From Succinimonas sp. (GTDB lineage: Bacteria; Pseudomonadota; Gammaproteobacteria; Enterobacterales; Succinivibrionaceae): 62,448 bases of DNA. Positions within the stretch are counted from its first letter, which is position 1, and each line of letters opens with the position of its first letter. The notes beneath the pieces are model-generated. The model saw nothing but the letters and a program-made list of their open reading frames with translations, made no database searches and was not told the DNA's origin. Position numbers and translations under genes: made by a program. Positions 19,113-30,020 of the stretch are shown here, piece by piece. Location: contig CAVGFV010000099.1 of the NCBI GenBank assembly GCA_963628765.1, positions 1-62,448 of the forward strand, given 5' to 3'.

Positions 19113-19738
19113 GAGGACTCCAAAACTTTTCTTAGCATCGCAGTAACCTCTGAAACAGGAGGTTCGGCATTGATAATCTTGATGCGATCAGGATTCTTTT
19201 TGGCTTCTTCAAGGAATACCGCCCGGACTCTTTGGAAAAAATCGATTTTTTCTTGTTCAAAGCGGTCAAAAGCTCCACGCTTACCTGCTCTTTCAAGACC
19301 AATTTTCTGGTCTAAGTCCATAAGCAAGGTGAGATCTGGGTAAAAGTCACCTAAAACCGCATTTCTGATAGTAGAAATTTGGGTTCTTGAAATACCGCGG
19401 CCGCCACCTTGGTAAGCCACGGTAGAAAGATCATGGCGATCACCGATAACATATTTACCGCTATTAAGAGCTGGAATAATCACGGTATTAACCAACTGGA
19501 CACGGGCCGCATACATCAAAAGGAGTTCCGACTCTGGGCAAAGTACATCTCTTTCATCGATTTCCTTAAGGATATTACGCATCTTTTCTGCAAGAGGGGT
19601 CCCGCCAGGTTCTCTGGTTAAAATAATATTTTCCTCAGAAACTCCATGTTCCATAAGATATTTTTTAACTTCATTCACCATGGTGCTTTTACCTGCACCT
19701 TCGCTACCTTCGATAACGATAAATTTTCCCTTGCTCAT
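19097..19738 (-). CDS. tmk: Thymidylate kinase
   Basis: FIVIEGSEGAGKST, TREPGGT, DRH..ST.AYQGGGRG. Confidence 0.97.
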   Translation of the reverse strand: MSKGKFIVIEGSEGAGKSTMVNEVKKYLMEHGVSEENIILTREPGGTPLAEKMRNILKEIDERDVLCPESELLLMYAARVQLVNTVIIPALNSGKYVIGDRHDLSTVAYQGGGRGISRTQISTIRNAVLGDFYPDLTLLMDLDQKIGLERAGKRGAFDRFEQEKIDFFQRVRAVFLEEAKKNPDRIKIINAEPPVSEVTAMLRKVLESSCIIG

Positions 19739-19773
19739 GTTGTAATTCCCACAAATTCTAGCTGATAACCTAA

Positions 19774-21081
19774 CTACTTAATCTCAATTTCCGAATTTAA
19801 AGGTGCCTCTTTAGATGGAGATTCAGTTTCCGTTTTAACAGCATCTTTGGATTTAACTTCACCTTCAGATTTATTTTTATCTTCGGCTTTAGTATCAACT
19901 TCGGTTTTAGACTTATCTTCGACCTCTACATTAGCCTCAGATTTACTTTCAGCTTCGGATTTTGCCTTATCTTCAGGTTTGGTTTCGTCTTTAGGCTTAG
20001 CACCTTCTTCTGTTTTTAATTTATTGGTAGTAGCTGGATTTAACAAGCTCTCCTTATATTCTTTTACAGATTTGCGGTAATCTAAAACCGCTTTCTGATG
20101 CTCGATATCTGTTTCAGAAAACACATGCCCTTCTCTACTATCAGGTCCCTTCGCCACAAAATATAAATAAGGCGTGTCATCAGGATGAAGAGCTGCATCT
20201 ATGGCATCTCTACCAGGAGCCGCAATCGGGGTTGGGGGAAGTCCCTGTATTACATAAGTATTATAAGGATTCACATCCGTTAAAAAGCTCTTATAAATCT
20301 TGCCCTTGTAACGATCTTTCACTCCATAGATCACGGTAGGATCTGTTTGGAGCTTCATGCCCTTACGAAGTCTATTCACAAATACCGAGGCTACTTGCGG
20401 GCGTTCTGAAGCCACTGCAGATTCTTTTTCAATAATAGAAGCCATTATCAAAGCTTCATAAGAAGAGGCATACGGCAAATTCTCTGCCCGTTTTTTATAG
20501 GCCACCTCAAGATAATCCTTTTCAGCTTTATAAGCTCTTTTAAGGATGGATAAATCTGTATCCCCGATACTAAAGGTATAGGTATCAGGTAAAAAGAGAC
20601 CTTCCAGATTTTTATGACCATCGAGGTCTAGAAGCTTTGCAAGGTCAGTTTCGGTAGTACCTTCAGGGATCTCATGCTTTAAATTTTGATTATTTTTCAA
20701 GGTCTCTAGCATATCGCTTACTCGAGTACCTTCAAGTAAAGTTATCTGATAGGATTTGGTTTTACCAGATATAAAAAGTTCCAAGATGGTTCTTACTTGA
20801 GCGTGAGCTGGGATTTCATAAATACCAGCCTTAAGGCCTAGTAAATTCGGATTTTGACGCATCCATAGCTTCAAAATATGTGGTTCAAAGCTATTTTCAA
20901 AAATATTCTGAAGAACAGCTCCAGCGCGATCACCTTTCTTTACTTCAAATAATGTAGGTGTCTCGATAGTAGTTTTTGCTGTTTCAATTTTCCAAAAGTG
21001 GAAGCCTAAAAAGGCGGCTCCTACCACACTGAAACAGAAGATAAGAATAATCAGAAAACCCGATATGTATCTCATGGTCAC
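19774..21081 (-). CDS. mltG: Endolytic transglycosylase MltG with a charged repeat tail
   Basis: LEGLFLPDTY, ASIIEKE, NRL..GMKLQTDPTVIY, PYNTY…GLPPTPI. Confidence 0.96.
   Translation of the reverse strand: MTMRYISGFLIILIFCFSVVGAAFLGFHFWKIETAKTTIETPTLFEVKKGDRAGAVLQNIFENSFEPHILKLWMRQNPNLLGLKAGIYEIPAHAQVRTILELFISGKTKSYQITLLEGTRVSDMLETLKNNQNLKHEIPEGTTETDLAKLLDLDGHKNLEGLFLPDTYTFSIGDTDLSILKRAYKAEKDYLEVAYKKRAENLPYASSYEALIMASIIEKESAVASERPQVASVFVNRLRKGMKLQTDPTVIYGVKDRYKGKIYKSFLTDVNPYNTYVIQGLPPTPIAAPGRDAIDAALHPDDTPYLYFVAKGPDSREGHVFSETDIEHQKAVLDYRKSVKEYKESLLNPATTNKLKTEEGAKPKDETKPEDKAKSEAESKSEANVEVEDKSKTEVDTKAEDKNKSEGEVKSKDAVKTETESPSKEAPLNSEIEIK
19822..20019 (-). repeat. About 11 degenerate 18-bp (hexapeptide) repeats in the mltG 3' end
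   Basis: LKTEEG AKPKDE TKPEDK AKSEAE SKSEAN VEVEDK SKTEVD TKAEDK NKSEGE VKSKDA VKTETE. Confidence 0.7.
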
Positions 21082-21129
21082 TCCGATACAAAGTGCTTGA
21101 TACTAGTAATTTACCTAAAAGCTTTTTTG

Positions 21130-21154
21130 AAAAAAAGAGCGGGTACCCCCGCTC
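21130..21154 (-). terminator. Terminator after valS
   Basis: gagcggg/cccgctc stem plus an A7 run (U-tract on minus). Confidence 0.75.
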
Positions 21155-21173
21155 CTTTATTAGACATTAAAGA

Positions 21174-24035
21174 TTATAAGCTTTCAATAACCTTTTTCTG
21201 TTCCAAAAGCTTAGCCAGGCTTGCTTCAAAGCCAGGAAGCTTTTCTTTTTCCTTTGCAATAACTGCTTCAGGAGCTTTTGAGGTAAACGCTGGATTTGCA
21301 AGCTTGTTGTTAACTCTTGCAATTTCATCATTCACATGCTTAATTTCCTTTTCCAGTCTTGCAAGTTCCGCTTCCTTATCAAGAACGCCAGCCATTGGGA
21401 ACAAGATTTCACTGTTACCAACGATGACCGCAATTGATGGAGGAAGTTCTGACTCTACAGGAACTACTGCTTCAAGATTTGCTAATACATCAACGAAACC
21501 TGAGTTTCTGTTGATGATATCCATCTCTTCAGAAGAACCTCTCATATAAGGAGTAAGTTTCTTAGCTGGAGAAAGGTTCTTTTCCGCACGGAAATTACGT
21601 ACCGCAACAATGAAGTCCTTAATGTAGTTCTGCTCTCTTAAAGCTACTTCATCAACACTATAGTCGGTAACTTCAGGATAGCTCTGAAGCATAATAGTGT
21701 CACCATCCTTGTAATCTCTTACTAAAGGAGCAATAGACTTGTAAATTTCCTCAGTAATGTAAGGCATTATTGGGTGCGCAAGACGAAGAGTAACTTCAAG
21801 CACTTCAAGAAGGTTATAAATGGTAGCGTTCTTTTGCTTACTGGTTACTGAACCATTCTTACTATTAAGAACAGGCTTAGTGAGCTCAATGTACCAGTCA
21901 CAGAGTTCATTCCAAATAAACTCATATAAAGCGCTAGCAGCGAGGTCAAAACGATAACCATCGAAAGCTACCCTCACATCCTTAATGCAGAGAGCCAACT
22001 TACTTCTGATATAACGATCCGGAAGGGAATAGTCTTCTTCTAAAGGCTTGGTTATTTCAAGACCTTCGGCATTCATCAAAGCATATCTACTTGCGTTCCA
22101 AAGCTTATTACAGAAGTTTCTATAGCCTTCAAGACGCTTCATATCCCAATTGATATCACGACCGGTAGAAGCTAAAGCTGCAAGGGTGAAACGTAAAGCA
22201 TCAGTACCATGAGCTTCGATACCATTAGGGAACTGCTTTTCAGTTCTCTTGGCAATCTTAGCAGCCTTCTGAGGTTGCATCATGTTCTTGGTACGTTTAC
22301 CTAAGAGTCCTTCAAGAGAAATACCATCGATCATATCAAGAGGATCGAGGACATTACCCTTAGACTTACTCATCTTCTGACCTTCTTCATCTCTGATAAG
22401 GCCAGTAACGTAAACGGTACGGAAAGGAACTTGAGGTTTACCATCTTTATCCTTGATAAAGTGCATGGTCATCATGATCATTCTAGCAACCCAGAAGAAA
22501 ATGATATCGAAACCAGTTACAAGGACATTGGTAGGATGGAACATTTCAAGTTCAGGAGTCTTCTTAGGCCAACCTAATGTTGAGAAAGTCCATAGACCAG
22601 ATGAAAACCAGGTATCAAGAACGTCTTCGTCTTGCTTTAATACAACATCAGGTCCTAAATGGTTCTGGCTTCTAACTTCTTCTTCGTTATGAGCTACATA
22701 AACCTTTCCATTTTGGTCGTACCAAGCAGGAATTCTATGCCCCCACCAAAGCTGACGAGAAATACACCAATCGCGGATATCACGCATCCAAGAGAAGTAC
22801 ATGTTTTCATACTGCTTTGGAACAAAGGTGATATCGCCATTTTCAACAGCTTCAATAGCAGGCTTTGCGAGAATGCCAGCACGAACATACCATTGGTCAG
22901 TTAGCATTGGTTCAATAGGTACGCCACCTCTATCACCATATGGCTGCATTAGAGTATGGTCTTCAATTTTTACCAAATAACCGGCTTCTTTAAGATCCTG
23001 AACCATAACGTCACGGGCTTCGTAACGATCAAGTCCCTGATACTTTTCAGGAATTTCCGAACTATAGATATCAGAAGCTTCGCCGTTAGTGTTGAATACT
23101 TCAGCTTCTTTTCTGATATGAGCATCTTCGGTAAGTACGTTGATCATTGGTAAAGCATGGCGTTTACCAACTTCATTATCATTAAAGTCATGTGCAGGAG
23201 TAATCTTCACACAACCAGTACCCTTAGTCATATCAGCGTGTTCATCGCCGATAACAGGGATTTCACGACCAACTAACGGAATAATAACCTTAGAGCCAAT
23301 AAGATCACGATATCTTGGATCTGCACTGTTAACAGCAACTGCAGTATCACCTAAAAGGGTTTCTGGACGTGTAGTCGCTACTACTAGGTAATCTAAACCT
23401 TCAGAAGTCTTCTTACCACCGGCAAGAGGATAGCGGATATGCCACATGCTCCCCTTAACTTCCTTGTTTTCAACTTCCAGGTCACTTATCGCTGTGCGTA
23501 ACTTTGGATCCCAGTTTACGAGTCTCTTACCACGATAAATTAAGTCTTCGTTGTATAAACGAATGAATACTTCCTGAACGGCTTCAGAAAGACCTTCATC
23601 CATGGTAAAACGTTCACGATCCCAATCTACAGAATCACCTAAACGGCGCATCTGTCTTGTAATGGTGCCACCTGATTCTTCTTTCCAGGCCCAAATCTTA
23701 TCAATAAAGGCATCACGACCATAATCAAGACGAGTCTTACCTTCTTCAGCAGCAATCTTTCTTTCCACAACCATCTGAGTTGCAATACCAGCGTGATCGG
23801 TACCAGCCTGCCAAAGAGTATTATCGCCCTGCATTCTATGATAACGAATCAAGATATCCATGATGGTCTGTTGGAACGCATGCCCCATATGAAGTGAACC
23901 GGTAACATTCGGTGGAGGCAAACATATGCAATATGATGGGCGAGTCGGATCCATGTTAGGTTTAAAGAATCCTGATTTTTCCCAGGTCTGATAAATGGCC
24001 TGTTCTATCGCATTAGGGTTATATGTCTTTTCCAT
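21174..24035 (-). CDS. valS: Valine--tRNA ligase
   Basis: [19 protein letters not shown]-terminal coiled coil. Confidence 0.99.
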   Translation of the reverse strand: MEKTYNPNAIEQAIYQTWEKSGFFKPNMDPTRPSYCICLPPPNVTGSLHMGHAFQQTIMDILIRYHRMQGDNTLWQAGTDHAGIATQMVVERKIAAEEGKTRLDYGRDAFIDKIWAWKEESGGTITRQMRRLGDSVDWDRERFTMDEGLSEAVQEVFIRLYNEDLIYRGKRLVNWDPKLRTAISDLEVENKEVKGSMWHIRYPLAGGKKTSEGLDYLVVATTRPETLLGDTAVAVNSADPRYRDLIGSKVIIPLVGREIPVIGDEHADMTKGTGCVKITPAHDFNDNEVGKRHALPMINVLTEDAHIRKEAEVFNTNGEASDIYSSEIPEKYQGLDRYEARDVMVQDLKEAGYLVKIEDHTLMQPYGDRGGVPIEPMLTDQWYVRAGILAKPAIEAVENGDITFVPKQYENMYFSWMRDIRDWCISRQLWWGHRIPAWYDQNGKVYVAHNEEEVRSQNHLGPDVVLKQDEDVLDTWFSSGLWTFSTLGWPKKTPELEMFHPTNVLVTGFDIIFFWVARMIMMTMHFIKDKDGKPQVPFRTVYVTGLIRDEEGQKMSKSKGNVLDPLDMIDGISLEGLLGKRTKNMMQPQKAAKIAKRTEKQFPNGIEAHGTDALRFTLAALASTGRDINWDMKRLEGYRNFCNKLWNASRYALMNAEGLEITKPLEEDYSLPDRYIRSKLALCIKDVRVAFDGYRFDLAASALYEFIWNELCDWYIELTKPVLNSKNGSVTSKQKNATIYNLLEVLEVTLRLAHPIMPYITEEIYKSIAPLVRDYKDGDTIMLQSYPEVTDYSVDEVALREQNYIKDFIVAVRNFRAEKNLSPAKKLTPYMRGSSEEMDIINRNSGFVDVLANLEAVVPVESELPPSIAVIVGNSEILFPMAGVLDKEAELARLEKEIKHVNDEIARVNNKLANPAFTSKAPEAVIAKEKEKLPGFEASLAKLLEQKKVIESL

Positions 24036-24222
24036 TATGATCTTCTTTATGCTACATATTCAAACAGCACAGCTTCCCACTGATGCATAAAAGCAATTCG
24101 GAATTTCTATGTCTGCTGATGCCTTGATCTTTTACTCAAGGCTCATTAAAAACAATTTTATGGGTATTTTACTCTAAAAGTAGCGCAAAATCACGTAACA
24201 CTGAAGATAGGCACTTAAGACG

Positions 24223-24248
24223 AAAAAAGGAGCATCGCTGCTCCTTTT
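24223..24248 (-). terminator. Terminator after pilY1
   Basis: aaaaaaggagca-tcgc-tgctcctttt. Confidence 0.8.
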
Positions 24249-24274
24249 ATTAAAATTAAAACAATCTCTTTAAA

Positions 24275-27200
24275 TTAGTAAAGCTTAATCCAAGAAGATG
24301 TTCTAGTGCTTGGAAGTGTAGATGGGATTACATCTGTAGCAACTGGAGTTGCGCCATCTCTAGTTTGATCAGTATCATCAAGAGGAATATTTACTACAGG
24401 TTTTCCATCATGAATGGTCAAAACAGGAGACTTAGCAATTGCCTTATAAGTGGTTTCCTTCATAAGTCTACCTGCAACCCAATCCATTTCTATTGCAGAA
24501 GATGTACCGCCACCGCTACAAGCGTCACCGATATTAGGAGTATTGGTAGTCATGTAAAGCATATTACCAACTACTAATGGATCGGTGTAAGCACGTTCGC
24601 CAGTATCTCTCTTTTCATCTCCTTTAGTATCAAAGGAAACAAGATCAAAATACCAACCAAAATTCTTGGTAGCAGTATAACTAGAAGAAACCCTAGCGGT
24701 TCTTGTGTAAGTGGTATTACCTTCAGAATCAGTATTAGCAACTTTACTTATAACAAGTGGTTTCAAACAGTTCACAGTCACACTAGAATCACAACGTTTA
24801 ACAGGCTGTTTTGACCTTGCCATATCAGATACAGAGGCACTACCAAGATCTCTCAACATATAAATAGTCTGAGTATCATTATATTTGAAAGATACATCGT
24901 CAGAGTCATAGGTATATGTATATGAACCTGTACCAAAAATCAAACCAATACCATCTCCGTTAAAGTATCCAGCACCTGGAGTACCAGTAATCATCTGAGC
25001 ACGACCATTTGCGTCAACAGCATTGAAAATCACACTTGGATTTGGATTAAAGGCTTTTGTTTTTGAAGCACATGTTTCATTACCCCAGCATCTAACCTTA
25101 CTTTCCAATGCATTATTATTTAGATCGATCTTCCAGAAGTTTCCGAAGGTATCACCAAAATAAAGTGCTTGATAAAAACCATTAGTGTTCAAAGAAACAG
25201 CTTCGATCTTGGTCATGTCAGCCTTTCTGCCAGTACCCCAAGGATCAGAAGCTAACTTTTCATTTGCGGACATATCAGCATATGTTACAACACAAGGCTG
25301 TCTACCTTCTTGTAAAGTAGACTTATCAGCTTCATCTCCGAAACTACCATCAGCTTTCATCACATAGCACTTTTCATCAGCATCATTACCACGATAAAGC
25401 ATATTGACAGCAAAGAAACCAGCTTTCTCAGCTCCAATACCGCTACTGAAAAGTAGGTAAGGAACCGTTTCAGCGCTGTCACTTGAAGTACTAACTTCTA
25501 CTAAAGTAGGTGCATATTTATAGCTACCTGCAAATGGAACACCAATCTTTTCACCATCATGTTCGCCATTTTCGAGAGTACGAGGTTCAGAAAGTTCCCA
25601 TTTAAGCATATTTCTAGCAAAAGAAAGTTTTTCCTCTGGAGTCTGACTTGAAACGTCTGAAATTCCAGTAACATCAAGGAGGTAGCCACCTTTAATACCT
25701 GTTCCAAAGGTACCATAGAGGTAAGTCTTTGTTTGATTGTTGTTATTCTTTCCTATGTACACATTAGGCGTGCTATCAAAATACGGATAATGACCGTAAT
25801 CTTGAAGGGTTATCTTCTTAATCTCTGGAAGTACCTGTGATGGCAAGTAAGAAATTACAGGAGTCATGTCAGATGCTGATAGTATATGAAGCATACCATC
25901 ATTGGCACCTACAGCCACAAAACTAGAATTGCCATCAGTAAATGCTACGGCATCTGAGTTAACAATATCGCCAAGGATAAAGTGTTCGCCTGCAGCATCT
26001 TTTCTTTCACGTAGAGGAGTACCTTGAGAACCACGTCCACCACTAGTATTCAACGGAATACGTTTTGCACTATTTTCCTCGGTATTTAATCCCTCATAGG
26101 TATCATCACCAGCCATCCAACGGGCAAAGGCATTCATATACTGATATGATTCAGCATTATTCTGGCTATAATCATCACTTGATATTGAGCTACAAGAACC
26201 ATCTTTAAGAATGTCACTTATGATGCCACATGACAAGTTCTTAAATGCCGTACCTTCAGCACTAGTATCGCTATTATCTTTTGAATATAAACGATATACC
26301 TCGTTAGCATTTGGGTCATAGGTAAAGATGAATCTATCATCAACCTCTACACTTGCAAAGCCATCTGAAGCTCTTTTGGTACTTGAAGAAGTTATAGATT
26401 CATAATTATAACCACCATCAGAACCTACTTTGGCAGCTATTACATCACCCTTCCAAACAGATGGATCGTAAGTGGTTGCATATACAGTAGAACCAGTAGT
26501 AGTATTCTTTGTAACAGTAGAGAATCCTGAACCAGAATGTCCTGTCTTGTTAATTTGGTTAAGCATCTTCGCAACACCATCACGAAGTTTACTCATATTG
26601 GTTACTAGGAAGTAGTTAGATGGATCAGTTGTATCGCTAGCATCAACCTTACCACCTAAGCCATACTTAGCAGCATACCAAAGAGGGCTCTTTAACCAAT
26701 AGTTACCAGAATCAGAACTGGAAACCTTGAAAACACGACTAGAAATAGAGTTTCCATCAAGATATGTTTTGCGGTAATAGTCGCCCATCAATCTAAGAGA
26801 AGCAGTAAAGTTCCAAGTACTAGAAAAACGGGAATCCTTATCATGTCTTAACGTGCCTCTGCTTGCATAATATACTTCTTCTACAGGTTTTACATAATTT
26901 TTATAATAATCACTTATATTATTACTACTAATTGAGCTTCCATTTATTCTAAAATCATCAGGTCTCAATAATCCCGAAGGGTATCTACACCCTTCTGTTG
27001 ACTTATCAAAAGAGCGATTTGTAAATTGCTGACCTCTTGGGCAATTTATTAAAGACGAATCGTTTACTATGGTATCTAGCTCATATACATTATAGTAATT
27101 ATTAGCAGAATTTTCCGCTGTGGTTTTAGCTAAATCTACATAAACACCTGTATGGTCGACACCCGTTATCAAATAACCTGCATGTTGAGGAGCATACTTA

Positions 27201-29644
27201 TCTCCATCGACATGTCTTAAAGTCACGCGAACGTAATCGCCATCAGATCCTTTTAAAATTCTGTAACGATATTCAACCACCCAATCCATATCATAATCAG
27301 AACCATATTGGAAATCTTCATAATTGATTCTGAAAACACCTTCTTCATTATTTAAACTTTCAATATAAAAGTCTGCAACTTGATTGGTAGATATTACCTT
27401 ACGAGCATTGGTATCATCACCGCTACCATCACCTACAGTTTTAGCAAAAGGAATAATTGTAACATTTTTACCATTGACATCTATGTTAATTTCTGGAAGG
27501 TTTGGTTTCATTGCCACAACATAGGTTTGCATCTTAGGATCTACTGAAACACCTGTTGAAGGGTTTTTAAGATCTGATCTTAATGAATTTGATGCATAAT
27601 ATGATGCAACACCTGCAACGTTATAACTACCATGGCTGAAAGCTGCTGCTGGTGCAATACCTTCCACATCAGCTAAGTTATTTATATGCTTTAATGATGG
27701 AACATAAACATATGGATCTTGAGATTCGTCTACTCCGCCTACTTTTCCGACAATATATTCTCCCGCCTTAAGACCTTGCGAAACCTTATTTTTTAGCTCA
27801 TCTGTAATTGTGGTTGTATCGCTATCGAACGGACTCGCACCACCCCATCGACTGTCGTAATCAAATGAGACATTCTCATCTGCAATTAATAAGCTAACTG
27901 GCTTAGAACAATACTCAATGCCTAATGTTGTATACGGATCATTTGCCGTTACGTGCCCAATCCTCAAGCCAGTAGTAGTGTTTTTTTCATCACTCAAAAA
28001 TCGACTTTTACTATTTAGAGTCCCTTTAAAATATTGTGCACTTGCATATAGTAACTTAGATACTGGATTTCCCCAATCCTTACATTTGCCATTTTCCATT
28101 TTAGCAATGCGCTCACCTGCAAAATCTCGAGGGCAATCAGTGTATACACCGTCACCTGCATTACCATCATTTTTTTGCGCAATAGCCATTCTATCAATTG
28201 TTTTTATAAAACCACAATTTAAGTTAGAGTTTTCACACAAGACTTTATTATAAACAAAGTCCCCCAACACTTTATTGCTGCCATCACTTTCAGAAAGGTT
28301 AATTTCTTTACCAAAGTCATCTACTTCGGCACGCAAACCTGCTCCGGTTAAATTATTTGCCCAACTTCCTGTGATAAGTCCAAAACGAATTCTTGGAGAG
28401 GCACCTTCACCATACTGTTGTAAAAGGCCTACTGGTTGCCATGAAGGATTATCTCTTGTACCATAATTTTTACAGTCATCACTAGAATGGAATTCTGTAG
28501 TACAGACAACAACGTTCAAATCGGCTTGACGTATTTTTTTATAATCTGAATATCTCTCATCCCAACTAACACCTTGTCCTCCAGAAAGTGTTCTTAAGTG
28601 TTTTCCTACATCATCAAATGGTACCCAATTGATTTTTGTACTTAAATTTCCACTTCCGCTATAGTCAGGACCTGCAATACCAACTGTATCTGCCATTGTT
28701 TGACGGCTAACCCAGTCCCAAATATAATTTTTAGAAGTATCACCATTGGACTCAATACCAGGCATACCGGCATTTGCCACTAGACCGACTCTGAAGTAAT
28801 TTGATTGTTGAATACCATTACCATCATATGATGCTAAAGCAAAAAAGTATGCCTGTTCGCCTCTAGTATCAGGTAATCCTGTAAAATCAGATACCTTAAA
28901 TTGCTCTTCATACATTTTTCCACTAAGCACTTTTCCCCAAGCATGAGAGTCTCTCAATACTCGAGAATGCTTTAAAATAGTTGCATAACGCTCTGTCCCT
29001 GAGGAGTCCGTATAAACATATCTTGTAGGAATACTGCTAGAAGTTGGAAGTGCATTATTTACAAGTCTCGCACCACCATAAAGAACTTTTCTAATGGCAT
29101 CTATTCGAGTAGTTGACATGTAATTTAAAAAATTACCTAACCATTGTTCTCCAGCATTACAAATTTTTACAGTTTTACTTTGGCCATCCCAAATTTTCAA
29201 TGAGCCACTTTTGTCGGCAGCATGGCTAACAGGACGCCAATAGCCAAAATGCATCAACCCTGTCTCACTGTTTTTTTCTTCTGGAGCATTAATTAAATTT
29301 TCTCTTCCTCCTTGATAAACGTAACAAAAATCAGGGTCAAAAATACCTTCATACCTAATAGAAGGATCGTACATAATATCTAAGGTACTATTTCCATCGA
29401 TATCCGTTGTATCATCGTATGCTTCTGAAAATAACCCGTGCTCACGACCTAGTACAATCATTACCGACGGTGCTACAGTCATACCTGCAACATTCATAGG
29501 TCCTGTTGCTACAGTACCATTTTGAATTTTAGATGTTTCGTCTGCTGTCATCTCAGCGGTGGCATAACTAGCCACACCGAGTCCCATAATCCCTGACAGC
29601 ATGGCTAATCCCATATGCCATGAAAGTTTTGATAGCTTAAACAT
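24275..29644 (-). CDS. pilY1: Type IV pilus tip adhesin PilY1/PilC-like protein (1789 aa)
   Basis: Signal peptide, GNFLNY…RIDAIRKVLYGG, PLWYAAKYG, LGDIVNS…VGANDGMLH, YFGD..GN.WK.DL, FGTG, GWYFDL…GER beta-propeller motifs. Confidence 0.9.
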   Translation of the reverse strand: MFKLSKLSWHMGLAMLSGIMGLGVASYATAEMTADETSKIQNGTVATGPMNVAGMTVAPSVMIVLGREHGLFSEAYDDTTDIDGNSTLDIMYDPSIRYEGIFDPDFCYVYQGGRENLINAPEEKNSETGLMHFGYWRPVSHAADKSGSLKIWDGQSKTVKICNAGEQWLGNFLNYMSTTRIDAIRKVLYGGARLVNNALPTSSSIPTRYVYTDSSGTERYATILKHSRVLRDSHAWGKVLSGKMYEEQFKVSDFTGLPDTRGEQAYFFALASYDGNGIQQSNYFRVGLVANAGMPGIESNGDTSKNYIWDWVSRQTMADTVGIAGPDYSGSGNLSTKINWVPFDDVGKHLRTLSGGQGVSWDERYSDYKKIRQADLNVVVCTTEFHSSDDCKNYGTRDNPSWQPVGLLQQYGEGASPRIRFGLITGSWANNLTGAGLRAEVDDFGKEINLSESDGSNKVLGDFVYNKVLCENSNLNCGFIKTIDRMAIAQKNDGNAGDGVYTDCPRDFAGERIAKMENGKCKDWGNPVSKLLYASAQYFKGTLNSKSRFLSDEKNTTTGLRIGHVTANDPYTTLGIEYCSKPVSLLIADENVSFDYDSRWGGASPFDSDTTTITDELKNKVSQGLKAGEYIVGKVGGVDESQDPYVYVPSLKHINNLADVEGIAPAAAFSHGSYNVAGVASYYASNSLRSDLKNPSTGVSVDPKMQTYVVAMKPNLPEINIDVNGKNVTIIPFAKTVGDGSGDDTNARKVISTNQVADFYIESLNNEEGVFRINYEDFQYGSDYDMDWVVEYRYRILKGSDGDYVRVTLRHVDGDKYAPQHAGYLITGVDHTGVYVDLAKTTAENSANNYYNVYELDTIVNDSSLINCPRGQQFTNRSFDKSTEGCRYPSGLLRPDDFRINGSSISSNNISDYYKNYVKPVEEVYYASRGTLRHDKDSRFSSTWNFTASLRLMGDYYRKTYLDGNSISSRVFKVSSSDSGNYWLKSPLWYAAKYGLGGKVDASDTTDPSNYFLVTNMSKLRDGVAKMLNQINKTGHSGSGFSTVTKNTTTGSTVYATTYDPSVWKGDVIAAKVGSDGGYNYESITSSSTKRASDGFASVEVDDRFIFTYDPNANEVYRLYSKDNSDTSAEGTAFKNLSCGIISDILKDGSCSSISSDDYSQNNAESYQYMNAFARWMAGDDTYEGLNTEENSAKRIPLNTSGGRGSQGTPLRERKDAAGEHFILGDIVNSDAVAFTDGNSSFVAVGANDGMLHILSASDMTPVISYLPSQVLPEIKKITLQDYGHYPYFDSTPNVYIGKNNNNQTKTYLYGTFGTGIKGGYLLDVTGISDVSSQTPEEKLSFARNMLKWELSEPRTLENGEHDGEKIGVPFAGSYKYAPTLVEVSTSSDSAETVPYLLFSSGIGAEKAGFFAVNMLYRGNDADEKCYVMKADGSFGDEADKSTLQEGRQPCVVTYADMSANEKLASDPWGTGRKADMTKIEAVSLNTNGFYQALYFGDTFGNFWKIDLNNNALESKVRCWGNETCASKTKAFNPNPSVIFNAVDANGRAQMITGTPGAGYFNGDGIGLIFGTGSYTYTYDSDDVSFKYNDTQTIYMLRDLGSASVSDMARSKQPVKRCDSSVTVNCLKPLVISKVANTDSEGNTTYTRTARVSSSYTATKNFGWYFDLVSFDTKGDEKRDTGERAYTDPLVVGNMLYMTTNTPNIGDACSGGGTSSAIEMDWVAGRLMKETTYKAIAKSPVLTIHDGKPVVNIPLDDTDQTRDGATPVATDVIPSTLPSTRTSSWIKLY

Positions 29645-30020
29645 CTTGATCTCCTAACTGGAATATCTTTTTCATCTTGCAGATCACAATACCGTACCCG
29701 AGCGGTAATAAACGCCCAAAATCCCATCTATAGAGTTTAGTTCAGAACTGTACGTACGGCTAATTTTTAGCAGTTTTTTTTTGCTCAAATTTTAACTATC
29801 TCACAAGGATAAAAAAGTAATTAGAATATATAAATCTTTGGTAATACAAAAAAATTTTTGGGGACTTACTCCCCGTAGAAAAACAATCTTTTAATCGATC
29901 CGAGACACTAAAAATAAGTAACAAATCGGATTTACGACGTAAATTAACAGTTAAAAGCTCGTTTCCAAACAAACTTTGTAAACACGAGCCTTAATAACTA
30001 AAAGCCCAGATAAATTCAGA

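Noticed and set aside
24036..24180. valS leader hairpin (gccttga/tcaaggc) and MSLE mini-ORF as an attenuator or holC remnant
   Set aside because: No Val codons, no T-box motif and no holC similarity.
29691..29760. Possible c-di-GMP-I riboswitch upstream of pilY1
   Set aside because: It lacks the GCAAAC…GAAA…GACGCAAAGC consensus.
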